A stretch of DNA of 64,000 nucleotides from the NCBI GenBank assembly GCA_003513005.1, contig DOTD01000032.1, positions 4,847 through 68,846 on the forward strand, in the 5' to 3' direction. The notes beneath the pieces were generated by a model. The model ran no database searches. It was not told the DNA's origin and saw only the letters and a list, made by a program, of their open reading frames with translations. This stretch comes from Desulfotomaculum sp. Its GTDB lineage: Bacteria > Bacillota > Desulfotomaculia > Desulfotomaculales > Nap2-2B. This document shows, piece after piece, positions 46,207 to 56,022 of the stretch; position 1 is the first letter of the stretch; every line of letters begins with the position of its first letter. Both the position numbers and the translations under genes were made by a program.

Positions 46207-46494
46207 ATGAGCGGTAGTGATCCTAAAGCGTCAAAAATATATAAGATAGACGTTGGCGGAGATATGATAGGATTGTCTGGAGTAGAGCAGGCTTTCCTTG
46301 AGGTAATGAAACTTGGTTTAAAGGGCGATCAGGCTGCTGAAAAAATATTGGAAATAGTTGAGAGAACAAACTTTATTCCTGAAGGTTCGGAAAGGCAATA
46401 CAAGTGGGCTCTATCTTTGGCATACAGAAACTATTTAGCTGATCCATCAACAGGAAAAAAGGCTATGGAATTTGATCAGAAACCAGCATGTTGA
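46207..46494 (+). CDS. hypothetical protein ending ...KPAC-TGA
   Basis: 95 aa, coding-like, family not recognised. Last gene of the padR-arsM string. Confidence 0.45.
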   Translation: MSGSDPKASKIYKIDVGGDMIGLSGVEQAFLEVMKLGLKGDQAAEKILEIVERTNFIPEGSERQYKWALSLAYRNYLADPSTGKKAMEFDQKPAC

Positions 46495-46608
46495 GACACC
46501 TGATAATATATCTCTTCTGTTTTGGTAAAACAGAATTAATTTATTAAAAGTAAACTCCTGCGTAAATGAACTGCCTTTAGAAAATTGGTACATCAAAAGA
46601 AAAACACA

Positions 46609-46887
46609 TTAGCATTTACTCCATCTGTGGTACGGGTGCATGGATTCATACTCCCTGGTTGTTTGTTTGGTTATCTTATGCCAGGGAATGCCGATTTTTG
46701 CCCCTACAAGAGAAGCCAGGGCGCACCGTCAGAGTATGGGGTCAACTTCCGCCAGCAGTCTGTCAAAGACATCATACGGGTCGCAGGCAAGGAAATCATC
46801 TTTTGTGCCAATGCCTATTCTTTCAAGTTTGCCGGCGATTACTTTGCCGATATTGGGCAGTTCAAGAAGGCTGCTTTTATTTTTCAT
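46609..46887 (-). pseudogene. TfoX C-terminal-domain-like ORF with in-frame TGA (46729-46731)
   Basis: ATG 46887 (SD GGAGG). Reads MKNKSSLLELPNIGKVIAGKLERIGIGTKDDFLACDPYDVFDRLLAEVDPIL-[TGA]-RCALASLVGAKIGIPWHKITKQ... to TAA 46609. The LPNIG...GI.T helix-hairpin-helix pattern is TfoX_C-like. Confidence 0.45.
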
Positions 46888-46900
46888 TTTTCCTCCGTCC

Positions 46901-46974
46901 ACATTTGTTTATGTCGACAACCCCGTCCTCCTGCCTGGTATTTGACTGGTATTTGACACAAGAGTACCGTCCCC
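46901..46974 (-). repeat. composite REP-like repeats (families A and B, reverse orientation)
   Basis: The reverse complement reads GGGGACGGTACTCTTGTGTCAAA (46952-46974), then a tandem TGGTATTTGAC x2 region, then GGAGGACGGGGTTGTCGACATAAACAAATGT (46901-46932). It shares ATAAACAAATGT with the copy at 14002-14037. Confidence 0.7.
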
Positions 46975-47135
46975 TTGATCCTTTCCGGCCCGTATTCCTC
47001 GGCAATCACCTGGATGATTGCCGCCCCAAGCTCCTTCATCAGGCTGAACAGCCAGGCCGGGCATTTTCCGGGATGTTACGGAAGGTTCGCAACGCCTGTC
47101 CGCATATAAATTCATCCTAAATCATCAAAATTCTA

Positions 47136-48206
47136 TCAGCACATACCCTTGTCCATGTCGAAATCCCAGTATTTATCATGGATCTTTTTAACTTCGTTAA
47201 TGTCGTTTTTAAACATGGAGGATACGGTTGTGGTTCTTTTAAGGCCGGTATCTTCATGGATATTAAAATTCAGTCCCGAAAGGGCGTTAAAAATTGCGGC
47301 CACCGAGACGGCTTGGCCTTCCAAATTGTATCCGCCTTCCAAAGTGGCTGTGATACGCCCGTCGCAGCATTTGTCCGCTATGTTCATAACGATTTTAGTC
47401 AGGTTTTCAAAGCCCAGTGAGGTTAGACGCATCGCTCCGATTGGGTCGCTGTGATGAGAATCCTGTCCGGCGGAGATTAGAATGAACTGGGGTTTGTACT
47501 GTAAGGCGGCAGGATATAAAATTTCCTGGAAGACAGTTTCGTATTCAATATCGCCCATCCTTGCTTCAAGGGGGACATTGATTGTAAACCCTTCCCCTTC
47601 TCCCCTGCCAATGTCTTTTGTCCAACCGGTGCCGGGGTAAATCCAGCCCTGGTGGACTGAGAAGTAAAGTACTTTTGCTGTATTATAAAAGGCAGCTTCT
47701 GTCCCGTTCCCGTGGTGGACGTCCCAGTCAACAATCAGGATTCTTTCCAGGCCATATGTTTTTTCCAGGTAGCGGGCGGCAATGGCTGCATTATTGAAAA
47801 GGCAGAAACCCATCGCCCGTTCCGGCATGGCGTGGTGGCCCGGCGGCCTGACGAGGGCAAATGTGTTCCGGAACTTACCCTCCATTACTTTGTCAACTGC
47901 GCACAGGAGTCCCCCTGCCGCCAACATGGCGGCGTCATAAGAACGCTCCGAGGTATAAGTGTCCGGGTCCAGGTTTCCACCCCCGTTTAAACAAATCTGC
48001 CTGATGCCTTCGATGTGGGCGGGCGAGTGTACCAGGGCAATTTCTTCTACTGTGGCGGGGCGGGGAGGTATGCTTTGGATATAGTCCAGGATGCTTGTTT
48101 CTTTTAGTTTGGACATGATTTTTTCCAGGCGTTCCGGACATTCAGGATGATATACCGTATAGTGATCAAGATAGAGCGGGTCATATACATACCCTGTTTG
48201 GCTCAA
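47136..48206 (-). CDS. histone deacetylase-family (AcuC/class II HDAC-like) deacetylase
   Basis: About 356 aa from TTG 48206 (SD AAGGGAG). Motifs RPPGHHA and DWDVHHGNGT. Confidence 0.85.
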   Translation of the reverse strand: MSQTGYVYDPLYLDHYTVYHPECPERLEKIMSKLKETSILDYIQSIPPRPATVEEIALVHSPAHIEGIRQICLNGGGNLDPDTYTSERSYDAAMLAAGGLLCAVDKVMEGKFRNTFALVRPPGHHAMPERAMGFCLFNNAAIAARYLEKTYGLERILIVDWDVHHGNGTEAAFYNTAKVLYFSVHQGWIYPGTGWTKDIGRGEGEGFTINVPLEARMGDIEYETVFQEILYPAALQYKPQFILISAGQDSHHSDPIGAMRLTSLGFENLTKIVMNIADKCCDGRITATLEGGYNLEGQAVSVAAIFNALSGLNFNIHEDTGLKRTTTVSSMFKNDINEVKKIHDKYWDFDMDKGMC

Positions 48207-48279
48207 ACAAAAACACTCCCTTTTTGCAATTCTATCACACGGTTTTTTACTAAACAAGGCTGGCGCGGCCTACTTTGGT

Positions 48280-48906
48280 TTATGCCAGCAGGGCGGCTAT
48301 AATGCCGACTAAAAATATCCCGTCGAACACTCCGGCGCCCCCGATGCTTAAGACATGGCTGCCCATGTCCCGGAACTTGTTCAGGTTAAGCAGGTCTGCT
48401 CCTGTCAGGGTCCCCCACACTCCGGCGATATAGGCTACCGGAGCGGCGTATTCACGGGCCAGAAGGAGCGCTGCGGCTGCCGCCACCAGGGGAGGAATGA
48501 ATGCCGGCAGGGAGATGCCCATGCCGGGGACCGGACGGGCCAGGGCCTTTGAAACTATGGCAACAATTGCTGCGGCCAGGATAGTCGGTGGAAAGGGAGC
48601 CCGGTAAAGAAGATAGAAGCTGAACAGAACGGGTATGACAGCGCCTCCCAGATTGACCGCAATAACCTGTTCGCTTACCCGCGGCGGGTAATAAAAAAAA
48701 TAATTTAAGGGCGGCATCCGCTCTTTGACCAGGCGCCGGGAAACGGGGATATTGATAATTCCCCCGATCAGGGAAAGTCCGAAGAGAAAGACAGCGCCCT
48801 GCGGTGACAAACCCAGTTTGGTAAAGGAAAATGCCGCAACCTGGAAAAAGAATATAAAGATTAGAAAAGGAAGCAGGACAAATAAAGCGAGGAATAAAAC
48901 CGGCAC
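48280..48906 (-). CDS. DUF1614 membrane protein
   Basis: 208 aa polytopic. The N-terminal pattern is typical of DUF1614 as I remember it. Confidence 0.6.
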   Translation of the reverse strand: MPVLFLALFVLLPFLIFIFFFQVAAFSFTKLGLSPQGAVFLFGLSLIGGIINIPVSRRLVKERMPPLNYFFYYPPRVSEQVIAVNLGGAVIPVLFSFYLLYRAPFPPTILAAAIVAIVSKALARPVPGMGISLPAFIPPLVAAAAALLLAREYAAPVAYIAGVWGTLTGADLLNLNKFRDMGSHVLSIGGAGVFDGIFLVGIIAALLA

Positions 48907-49067
48907 AGGCAGCGCTCCCTTCTATATTCAGCAATTTAATATTATCTTAAACAGAGAAGGAAATAAAGTGAACCGTATCGAATAAAAAATTAATATTTGT
49001 GGGACGACCATGTGGTATAATTTTTTTGGCCGCGGGTCTAAAGAAAATTTTCCGGGAGGGGACAAGT

Positions 49068-49712
49068 ATGAATTTATTGATTATGGGACCGCCGGGCGCC
49101 GGCAAAGGTACACAAGCTGAAGTGCTGGTAAAAGAGCTTTCTATTACCCATATTTCCACGGGCGACATGTTCCGCAGCGCGATCAAAGAAGGAACGGAAA
49201 TGGGTAAAAAGGCCAAGGAGTACATGGACCAGGGGGGACTCGTACCTGATGAAGTAGTCGTCGGCATGGTTAAGGAAAGACTGGCAATGCCAGACTGCGC
49301 CAAGGGATTTTTACTTGACGGTTTTCCGCGCACACTGCCCCAGGCGGAAGCCCTGGATGAAACTCTAAAAGCTTTAACCATTAAATTGGACGGCGTAATT
49401 AACATTGATGTGCCGCGTGAAAGGCTGATGGCCAGGCTGACCGGGCGCAGGATCTGCAAGGGCTGCGGGGCAAGCTACCATGTTCTGTTTAACCCGCCAA
49501 AAAGCGAAGGAAAGTGCAATTCCTGCGAGGGCGAGCTCTACCAGCGCAGCGACGACAACGAAGAAGCCGTTTCCAACCGGTTGGATGTCTATGAGTCACA
49601 GACCCAGCCGCTTATTGATTACTACGTAAAAGTAAACCTGCTTAAAAATATCAACGGTGACCAGGATATTAAGAAAGTCCTTGATGACGTCCTGGCCAGT
49701 CTCAAAGGTTAG
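49068..49712 (+). CDS. adk: adenylate kinase (zinc-lid type)
   Basis: 214 aa from ATG 49068 ([17 protein letters not shown]). Lid with CKGCG...CNSCEG. Confidence 0.92.
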   Translation: MNLLIMGPPGAGKGTQAEVLVKELSITHISTGDMFRSAIKEGTEMGKKAKEYMDQGGLVPDEVVVGMVKERLAMPDCAKGFLLDGFPRTLPQAEALDETLKALTIKLDGVINIDVPRERLMARLTGRRICKGCGASYHVLFNPPKSEGKCNSCEGELYQRSDDNEEAVSNRLDVYESQTQPLIDYYVKVNLLKNINGDQDIKKVLDDVLASLKG

Positions 49713-49914
49713 GACTGTTCGTAAAAGTATAAATTACCAGGCAAGTTTTTAAAACCCCGCCAATATAAATCAACTAAGAAAGAGTTGAGGGAGGTGGGGT
49801 GCAAAGAAAAACCTTGCCGCAATTTGTAGTCGATTAAACTGACAAAGTCTGGGGGCGCCTGTTTTGATACAGGCGTCCTCAATGTTTCAGACGGGCGCAA
49901 GTATCCGGTCTTTA

Positions 49915-49943
49915 TTGACGTTTAACGATATTTCTAATATGAT
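49915..49943 (+). promoter_or_regulatory. candidate sigma-A promoter for trxB
   Basis: TTGACG, 17 nt, TATGAT. Confidence 0.4.
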
Positions 49944-49987
49944 GAAATTGTAAAAATGTGTAATCAATAACTTTAGGGGGAAGGCAA

Positions 49988-50911
49988 ATGAACGAGCGGG
50001 AACTGATTATAATAGGCGGCGGGCCTGCCGGTCTTGCGGCCGGATTGTACGCGGCGAGGGCAAAAATCGATGTGCTGATGCTGGAGCGGGCAATGCCGGG
50101 CGGACTTGCGGCCAATACGGAGTTTATAGAAAATTACCCCGGTTTTGCAGAAGGGATCGACGGCGCCGCACTGACAGCCCAGATGGAGGCCCAGGCAAAA
50201 CGTTTCGGATTGGAAATTATCGGCGCCGATGTCATGGGCCTGACTTTTCAGGACGGAAAGTTTACCGTCAAAACTGACGAAGAGGAGCTGTTCAGCCACT
50301 GTGTCATTCTAGCCACCGGGTCGCAGCCGCAGATGCTGGGTGTCCCGGGCGAGGAAAAATTAAGGGGACGCGGGGTTTCTTACTGCGCTACCTGTGACGG
50401 GGCCTTTTTCCGCGGCAAGGAAGTAGCCGTAATCGGCGGCGGCGACGCCGCTGTTGGAGAAGCTGTCTTTCTGACCAGGTTTGCCAGCGGAGTGAACATA
50501 ATCCATCGGCGCGGCGAATTGAGGGCAACCAAGGTTGAACAGCAGAGAGCCATGCAGAACGAGAAAATCAAATTTGTCTTGTTTAACACCGTACAAGAAA
50601 TTATAGGGCAGGAAGAAGTGGAAGGTGTCGTACTCAAAGATACCCGTACAGAGGCCACTCAGAAGATGGATGTAAACGGTGTTTTTATTTATGTAGGCCA
50701 AAAACCCGATTCACAGCTGGTCAGAGAAATGGCCGAACTGGACAATAACGGGTTCATAATCACGGATGACAGTATGCGGACGAGGCAGCCGGGCCTTTTT
50801 GCGGCGGGGGACGTGCGCCAGAAGCTGTTGAGGCAGGTAGTCACGGCAGTGGCTGACGGGGCAATCGCAGCAGTGGCGGCAGGGAAATATCTCGAGGAGA
50901 TCGGGAAATAA
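49988..50911 (+). CDS. trxB: thioredoxin-disulfide reductase
   Basis: 307 aa. GGGPAG FAD motif, redox-active CATCDG, GGGDAA NADPH motif. Confidence 0.92.
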   Translation: MNERELIIIGGGPAGLAAGLYAARAKIDVLMLERAMPGGLAANTEFIENYPGFAEGIDGAALTAQMEAQAKRFGLEIIGADVMGLTFQDGKFTVKTDEEELFSHCVILATGSQPQMLGVPGEEKLRGRGVSYCATCDGAFFRGKEVAVIGGGDAAVGEAVFLTRFASGVNIIHRRGELRATKVEQQRAMQNEKIKFVLFNTVQEIIGQEEVEGVVLKDTRTEATQKMDVNGVFIYVGQKPDSQLVREMAELDNNGFIITDDSMRTRQPGLFAAGDVRQKLLRQVVTAVADGAIAAVAAGKYLEEIGK

Positions 50912-51244
50912 AAACAGATTGGATTTAAAAAAGAAGAGCTGTATCTGAAGATACAGCAGAGAAAGGGAGAGGAGATTAGGTTGTTATCAATTGGTTAATC
51001 TCATTATAATACAGTCAATCAAGGAAAAAAGGATTTACCGGCCAGTGGTTAAAATTGGTCCTTAAAAGTGTATATGTCTTTTAAACGGTATGAAATGTCC
51101 TTTTATTCTGAAAAACATGGAAATGGCCGCGGCCGGAAACCGTTGATACCCGATATCAACCTTCTAAAGCCAAAAAAGTGCCACTCGAAGGAAATTTTTA
51201 TATTTTCAATATTTTCCGTAGTGTCTATCAATATATAATACGCC

Positions 51245-51469
51245 CTACCTTCCGGGATTCAGGAAAGTTCCCATGATCTGGTTTAATACCTGGACCTCCT
51301 CCGGTTTCATAGTCTGGTCGAGGTTATCCATCATGTTTTTGATTAAATTCATCAGCGTATCCTGGTCCATCATCGACACCATCTGTTTCAACATGGACGG
51401 ATCAAAATTTTGAAGCAGGCTGCGGATCAGTTCCGAGAAATTATCGATGTCAAGCGGAGTATTTGTCAT
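51245..51469 (-). CDS. hypothetical small acidic protein
   Basis: 74 aa, Met/Asp/Leu-rich helical repeats. No family recognised. Confidence 0.4.
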   Translation of the reverse strand: MTNTPLDIDNFSELIRSLLQNFDPSMLKQMVSMMDQDTLMNLIKNMMDNLDQTMKPEEVQVLNQIMGTFLNPGR

Positions 51470-51628
51470 TTGTGTTTTCGCCTCCCAAGCTATGCTTTAA
51501 ATTTATTAATAGACTATTCTCTCGATAGCTTTATTGTTACTCTGAAAGATTAATCAATCAGGCAGGATTATTTTAGAAAAACATCGAAGAAAGCTTAAAT
51601 CCCCACTTTTACTTTTGGAGAATAAGAA

Positions 51629-54484
51629 ATGCTTGGCTCCTTTGTGGTCTGTGATCTGGAAACAACGGGTCTTTCTCCCCGGCAGGATGAGATTATCGAA
51701 ATAGGCATGGCGCTTGTTGAAAACGGTGAGGTCGCCGCAAGCTACCACAGTCTTGTGCGGCCTTCGCAAAAACTTCCGGTAAGTATACGCCGCCTGACCG
51801 GCGTAGACGATCAGATGCTCGCCTCCTGCCCGGAGCTGCCGGAAGTGCTGCCCCGCGCCCTGGAATTTCTTGGCGGTTATCCGCTGGTCGGACATAATGT
51901 GGGTTTTGATAAAAGTTTTCTTGAGGAAGCGGCCGGCCCGCTGAAGAATCAGTCATACGACACGCTTGAACTGGCCCGGATCGTCCTTCCCTTTTCGCCC
52001 GGCTTCAGCCTGAGCGCTCTTTGCCGGTTCCTGGGCATTAAAAATGAAAAAGAACACCGGTCGCTTTCCGACGTTTTGGCCACGGTCGAGCTATACGGGA
52101 AATTGGTTGAAGCCTTGAAAAGGCTCGATACAAGGGTTATTTTACAAGTTACTGCTTTTCTTTCGCAGGCAGGTTCTTCCTGGGTTAAGCCGCTGTCGGG
52201 CGCATTGAAGGATTTAACCGGCGGCGCCGCGCAGAAAGGAAACGGCGAACCGGCTGTTTGCGCAATTCCGGAATTAGGCCGTCCGGAACAGTATAATGTA
52301 AAAACAGCTCCTGCAGAAACCTCTTTCCTGCCTGAGTTCGAAGACCTTCCCTCCCTGTTTGAAGCGAAAGGGCGGCTGGCCTTAAACCTTGCGGATTACG
52401 AATACCGTCCCCAGCAGGAACAGATGGTGCGTGCGGTCAGCAGCGCGCTTTACGGGCAGAAGTATCTCTTAATGGAAGCCGGAACGGGCACGGGCAAGTC
52501 CATAGCCTATCTGATCCCGGCGCTGCACTGGGCATTAACCCGCGGCGAACGTGTGGTTGTATCGACACGGACAATAAACCTTCAGGAGCAGCTGTGGTCA
52601 AAAGACATCCCCGGCCTGCTCGGCGCCCTGTCCTGGCCTTGTAAGGCCGCGCTGGTCAAAGGCAGGTCAAACTACCTCTGCCTGCGCAGATGGTCCGGTG
52701 TCCAGGCTGCCGCAAACTCCCGCCCCGAGGAAGCGTCGTTCTACGCCCGGGTGCAGGTTTGGGCAGCGGCGACTGCCACAGGTGACAGGAGCGAACTGAA
52801 TATTTCCTCATTTGAACAGGATTACTGGTCGAACATCTGCTCCGACAGCGAAAACTGCCTGGGCATGCGCTGCCGCTGGTTCAAAGGGCAGTGTTTCGTA
52901 ACCAAAGCGCACAGGGCGGCGGAGGCGGCCAACCTGATTATTACCAATCATTCACTGCTTTTTTCCGATATCCGCATGGAAAACAAAGTATTACCCGATT
53001 ATGGTCCTTTAGTGATTGACGAGGCCCACCATCTCGAGGATGCCGCCACCGAGCAACTGGGGCGCCAGATGAGTTGGACTGCCGTAAGGCGCTGGACGGG
53101 CATTGTGAGCAGGCTGCTCGCGCAGCCCGACATTCTTGTGCCCAGCGCTGATTTTGAAATATGGCGGCAAACCCGGCAGGAAGCGCGCAATGCCCTTGCG
53201 CTCCTGCTCCGTGATGCGCAGCTCTTTTTTGAGTCTGCACGCGTACTGGTTATTTCCCGGGCATCCTCCAGTAACCAGAGCACGGACCGCCGGACGTTCC
53301 GGATCAGGCGGACCGGTCTGGAAAACAAGGTTGTTTTTTTAGAAGCGGAATACTCGAATCTGGAATACCGGTTTGGAGAATTGCTGGACTATCTTCATAA
53401 ACTTTCCGGTATCCTGGAGACCTGGCTGCAGGGCGGCTCCAGCGAGCTCTGGAGCGGGATGTCCGCCGAAATAAACCAGCATCTTTCCTGCGGCCGGGAA
53501 CTGGCGGAGGATCTTGCCTTTATCATGTCCTGCCGGGAGAATAACTTTGTTTACTGGGCGGAAGCGGCGGAAGAAACTTACGGCTGCTTTCTCCATGCTG
53601 TTCCGGTGCAGGTGGGTGAAATGCTGAATGAACAGCTTTTTAAATCAAAAGAGACAGTGGTTTTTACTTCCGCAACCCTTACTGTGGGCGGTTCCTTCGA
53701 GCATTTCAAGGAACGCACGGGTTTGGACCTTGTCCCTGCAGAAAAGCTGATCGAGTTACAGGTTGATTCCCCTTTCAGCTACTCCGACCAGTCCCTGTTA
53801 TGCATAGCCAGGGATATTCCTCCACCGTACGAAGTTCCCGGAGGGGATTATTTTGAAGCCCTGCTGGAAAGCCTGACGGGTTTGATCAGGGCTGTCCAGG
53901 GAAAGACACTGGTCCTTTTTACGTCACACCAGGCACTCCGGGAGGTGCACCGGAGGCTGAGAGATTTCTGCGAACAGGAAAATCTCTACTTGCTCGCGCA
54001 TAACATCGACGGGGGCCGTACCCGCCTGGTCGAGGAATTCCGCAAGAGCGACCGCGCCGTTCTGCTGGGAGCGTCCAGTTTCTGGGAAGGGATAGACATA
54101 CCCGGTGAAGCCCTTTCCTGCGTGGTCATCGTCAAACTGCCTTTTTGGGCGCCGGGAATACCTGTCATTGAAGCCCGGCTTGAAGAACTCGCCGGCAGGG
54201 GTAAGGACGGCTTTTTGCACTACAGCCTGCCCCAGGCCGTAATCAAATTCAAGCAGGGTTTCGGCCGGCTGATCAGGACCATGCGCGACAGGGGCGTTGT
54301 GGTGGTTTTAGACCCGCGCCTTTTAAGCAAAAGATACGGGCGGCATTTTTTAATTTCACTGCCGGTTAAAACGCACTTCCGGGGGGATACCTGGATGATT
54401 AAGGATAAAGTCGCCCAATGGTTAAATTATCCTGCCGCTCATCCCGGAATACAGGAGCCAAAAGATGTCACATTCGATGCCTGA
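51629..54484 (+). CDS. dinG: DnaQ-like 3'-5' exonuclease fused to DinG-family ATP-dependent helicase
   Basis: 951 aa. N-terminal exonuclease motif (FVVCDLETTGL), helicase Walker A (EAGTGTGKS), DEAH box (VIDEAHHLED), C-terminal helicase domain. Confidence 0.9.
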   Translation: MLGSFVVCDLETTGLSPRQDEIIEIGMALVENGEVAASYHSLVRPSQKLPVSIRRLTGVDDQMLASCPELPEVLPRALEFLGGYPLVGHNVGFDKSFLEEAAGPLKNQSYDTLELARIVLPFSPGFSLSALCRFLGIKNEKEHRSLSDVLATVELYGKLVEALKRLDTRVILQVTAFLSQAGSSWVKPLSGALKDLTGGAAQKGNGEPAVCAIPELGRPEQYNVKTAPAETSFLPEFEDLPSLFEAKGRLALNLADYEYRPQQEQMVRAVSSALYGQKYLLMEAGTGTGKSIAYLIPALHWALTRGERVVVSTRTINLQEQLWSKDIPGLLGALSWPCKAALVKGRSNYLCLRRWSGVQAAANSRPEEASFYARVQVWAAATATGDRSELNISSFEQDYWSNICSDSENCLGMRCRWFKGQCFVTKAHRAAEAANLIITNHSLLFSDIRMENKVLPDYGPLVIDEAHHLEDAATEQLGRQMSWTAVRRWTGIVSRLLAQPDILVPSADFEIWRQTRQEARNALALLLRDAQLFFESARVLVISRASSSNQSTDRRTFRIRRTGLENKVVFLEAEYSNLEYRFGELLDYLHKLSGILETWLQGGSSELWSGMSAEINQHLSCGRELAEDLAFIMSCRENNFVYWAEAAEETYGCFLHAVPVQVGEMLNEQLFKSKETVVFTSATLTVGGSFEHFKERTGLDLVPAEKLIELQVDSPFSYSDQSLLCIARDIPPPYEVPGGDYFEALLESLTGLIRAVQGKTLVLFTSHQALREVHRRLRDFCEQENLYLLAHNIDGGRTRLVEEFRKSDRAVLLGASSFWEGIDIPGEALSCVVIVKLPFWAPGIPVIEARLEELAGRGKDGFLHYSLPQAVIKFKQGFGRLIRTMRDRGVVVVLDPRLLSKRYGRHFLISLPVKTHFRGDTWMIKDKVAQWLNYPAAHPGIQEPKDVTFDA

Positions 54485-54610
54485 CCGTAATAGAATATTA
54501 AAAGAATAACCTTAAGGGGTGAGAGAATTGCGCGTTTATTTTATAAAGCTGCCCTTTTTTATAAGGAATTTTTTATTGAGACTGCAAAATAGATAATCGT
54601 GAACATCCTG

Positions 54611-54635
54611 GCAGGGAATCCCTGCTCTTTTTTTT
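54611..54635 (+). terminator. rho-independent terminator after dinG
   Basis: GCAGGGAATCCCTGC hairpin followed by a T9 run. Confidence 0.7.
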
Positions 54636-54657
54636 GCAAGTGAATAAGGCCGCATTA

Positions 54658-55479
54658 TTACTGTTCTTTTTTCAAGCTAATTATATTAATTTGCGGCCGT
54701 GCAAAGAATCTAACCGGCAGAGCTGTTGTACCGGCGCCATTGGATACAACAACTGTTGTATAGCCTGTATCTACAACTCCCGTTCTGTACTTTTGCTTAT
54801 TCTCTATAGGTACATATGGAGCCCACAGCCCAAAAAGAGTTACCTGCCCTCCATGTGTATGTCCGCTTAATACTAAATCAATGTTGCGGGTTTTTATTTC
54901 TTCTGCAAAATCGGGATTATGGGATAATAGAATTACAAAATCCTGCTCGCTAACATCAAATGTGGTCGGATTTATATCCTGAATATCCTCAAACATATCC
55001 CCTACACCGCCGATTTTTATCCTTTCGCCGTTTTTATAAACCCATTCTGCTTTGTTGTCCAATAGCCTTATCCCTGCGTCTTTGGCAAGTATTCTCGTCA
55101 GTCCGGCGCTTTTCCAATGATCGTGATTGCCTAAAACTCCAAATATCCCCATAGTTGCTTTCAAATTTTTCAGTTCTTCAAAACACGGTTGTATATACTT
55201 TGAATTCTTAAATACATAATCTCCTCCCAACAAGATAATTTCCGGACTAAGCTTGTTAATTTGTTGGACAAGGCTTCTAACTCTTTCTCTTGAGAAAAAT
55301 GGCCCATGATGAATATCTGAGACGAACACAATTTTCGTATTTTCAAAAGAAGCAGGAAGGTCTTTGTCTATAATATTTGTTTCTTTTAATTCCAACCAGT
55401 ATGGCTCGATAAATGCATAGAGAAGCAATAATATTAAAAAGAAGCTTATTAAAAAATTTTTATTGTATATTATCCTCAT
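54658..55479 (-). CDS. membrane-anchored metallophosphoesterase
   Basis: 273 aa. Motifs SDIHHG, GGDY, GNHD, GHTHGGQ. Confidence 0.85.
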   Translation of the reverse strand: MRIIYNKNFLISFFLILLLLYAFIEPYWLELKETNIIDKDLPASFENTKIVFVSDIHHGPFFSRERVRSLVQQINKLSPEIILLGGDYVFKNSKYIQPCFEELKNLKATMGIFGVLGNHDHWKSAGLTRILAKDAGIRLLDNKAEWVYKNGERIKIGGVGDMFEDIQDINPTTFDVSEQDFVILLSHNPDFAEEIKTRNIDLVLSGHTHGGQVTLFGLWAPYVPIENKQKYRTGVVDTGYTTVVVSNGAGTTALPVRFFARPQINIISLKKEQ

Positions 55480-55572
55480 ACCGTGTTAATCCTCTAAAAA
55501 GTTAATTTTCATTTTTCTATATCCTAATTCTGATTAATTATACTTTTTGGTTATTATATTACCATAAAAGAA

Positions 55573-56004
55573 ATGCATAAGCGGCACTTTACACATGACC
55601 CGTCTCTGGGAGGTATGACTCTCGGCTTTATAGAGGGTGTTTTTAATGACAAGGATGTTCTTTTTCACAGTGGAAGCACTATGCTCTGCAACACATGCCT
55701 CTATCTGGTACCCGGAGTAAATACCGGGATTTTTATTTCCTACACTGGTGGTAATCATCTTCTTCATTCCGAGGTTTTTCAGGAGTTTATGTATTTTTAC
55801 TATCCGGTTAAAGCTGAAATAATAGGAGCGCCTAGCGAAGGCAGCCAAGAAAGGGTGAAAAAGTTTACTGGTGAATACCAGATGAACCGGAGAAGTATTA
55901 CCACTGATGAGAAAATTAACAGCATATTAGGAAATGGAAAAGGGTTGTTAACCGGTTATTCATCTGGATCGCTGCCTGACGAACTATTATTGGAAGTGCT
56001 GTAG
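55573..56004 (+). pseudogene. C-terminal fragment of a serine hydrolase / beta-lactamase-related protein
   Basis: Only a distal segment is present (...VLFHSGSTMLCNTCLYLVPGVNTGIFISYTGG...). There is no N-terminal SxxK domain. Confidence 0.4.
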
Positions 56005-56022
56005 CAGGCATAAGCAAAAATA

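Noticed and set aside
46585-47120. Three overlapping plus-strand ORFs (123, 101 and 153 aa)
   Set aside because: They are shadows of the minus-strand TfoX_C-like frame, the REP-like repeats and a truncated minus-strand ORF. Their composition is low-complexity.
48999-49067. Upstream extension of adk (start 48999)
   Set aside because: Adenylate kinase begins at the P-loop strand [14 protein letters not shown], and ATG 49068 fits.
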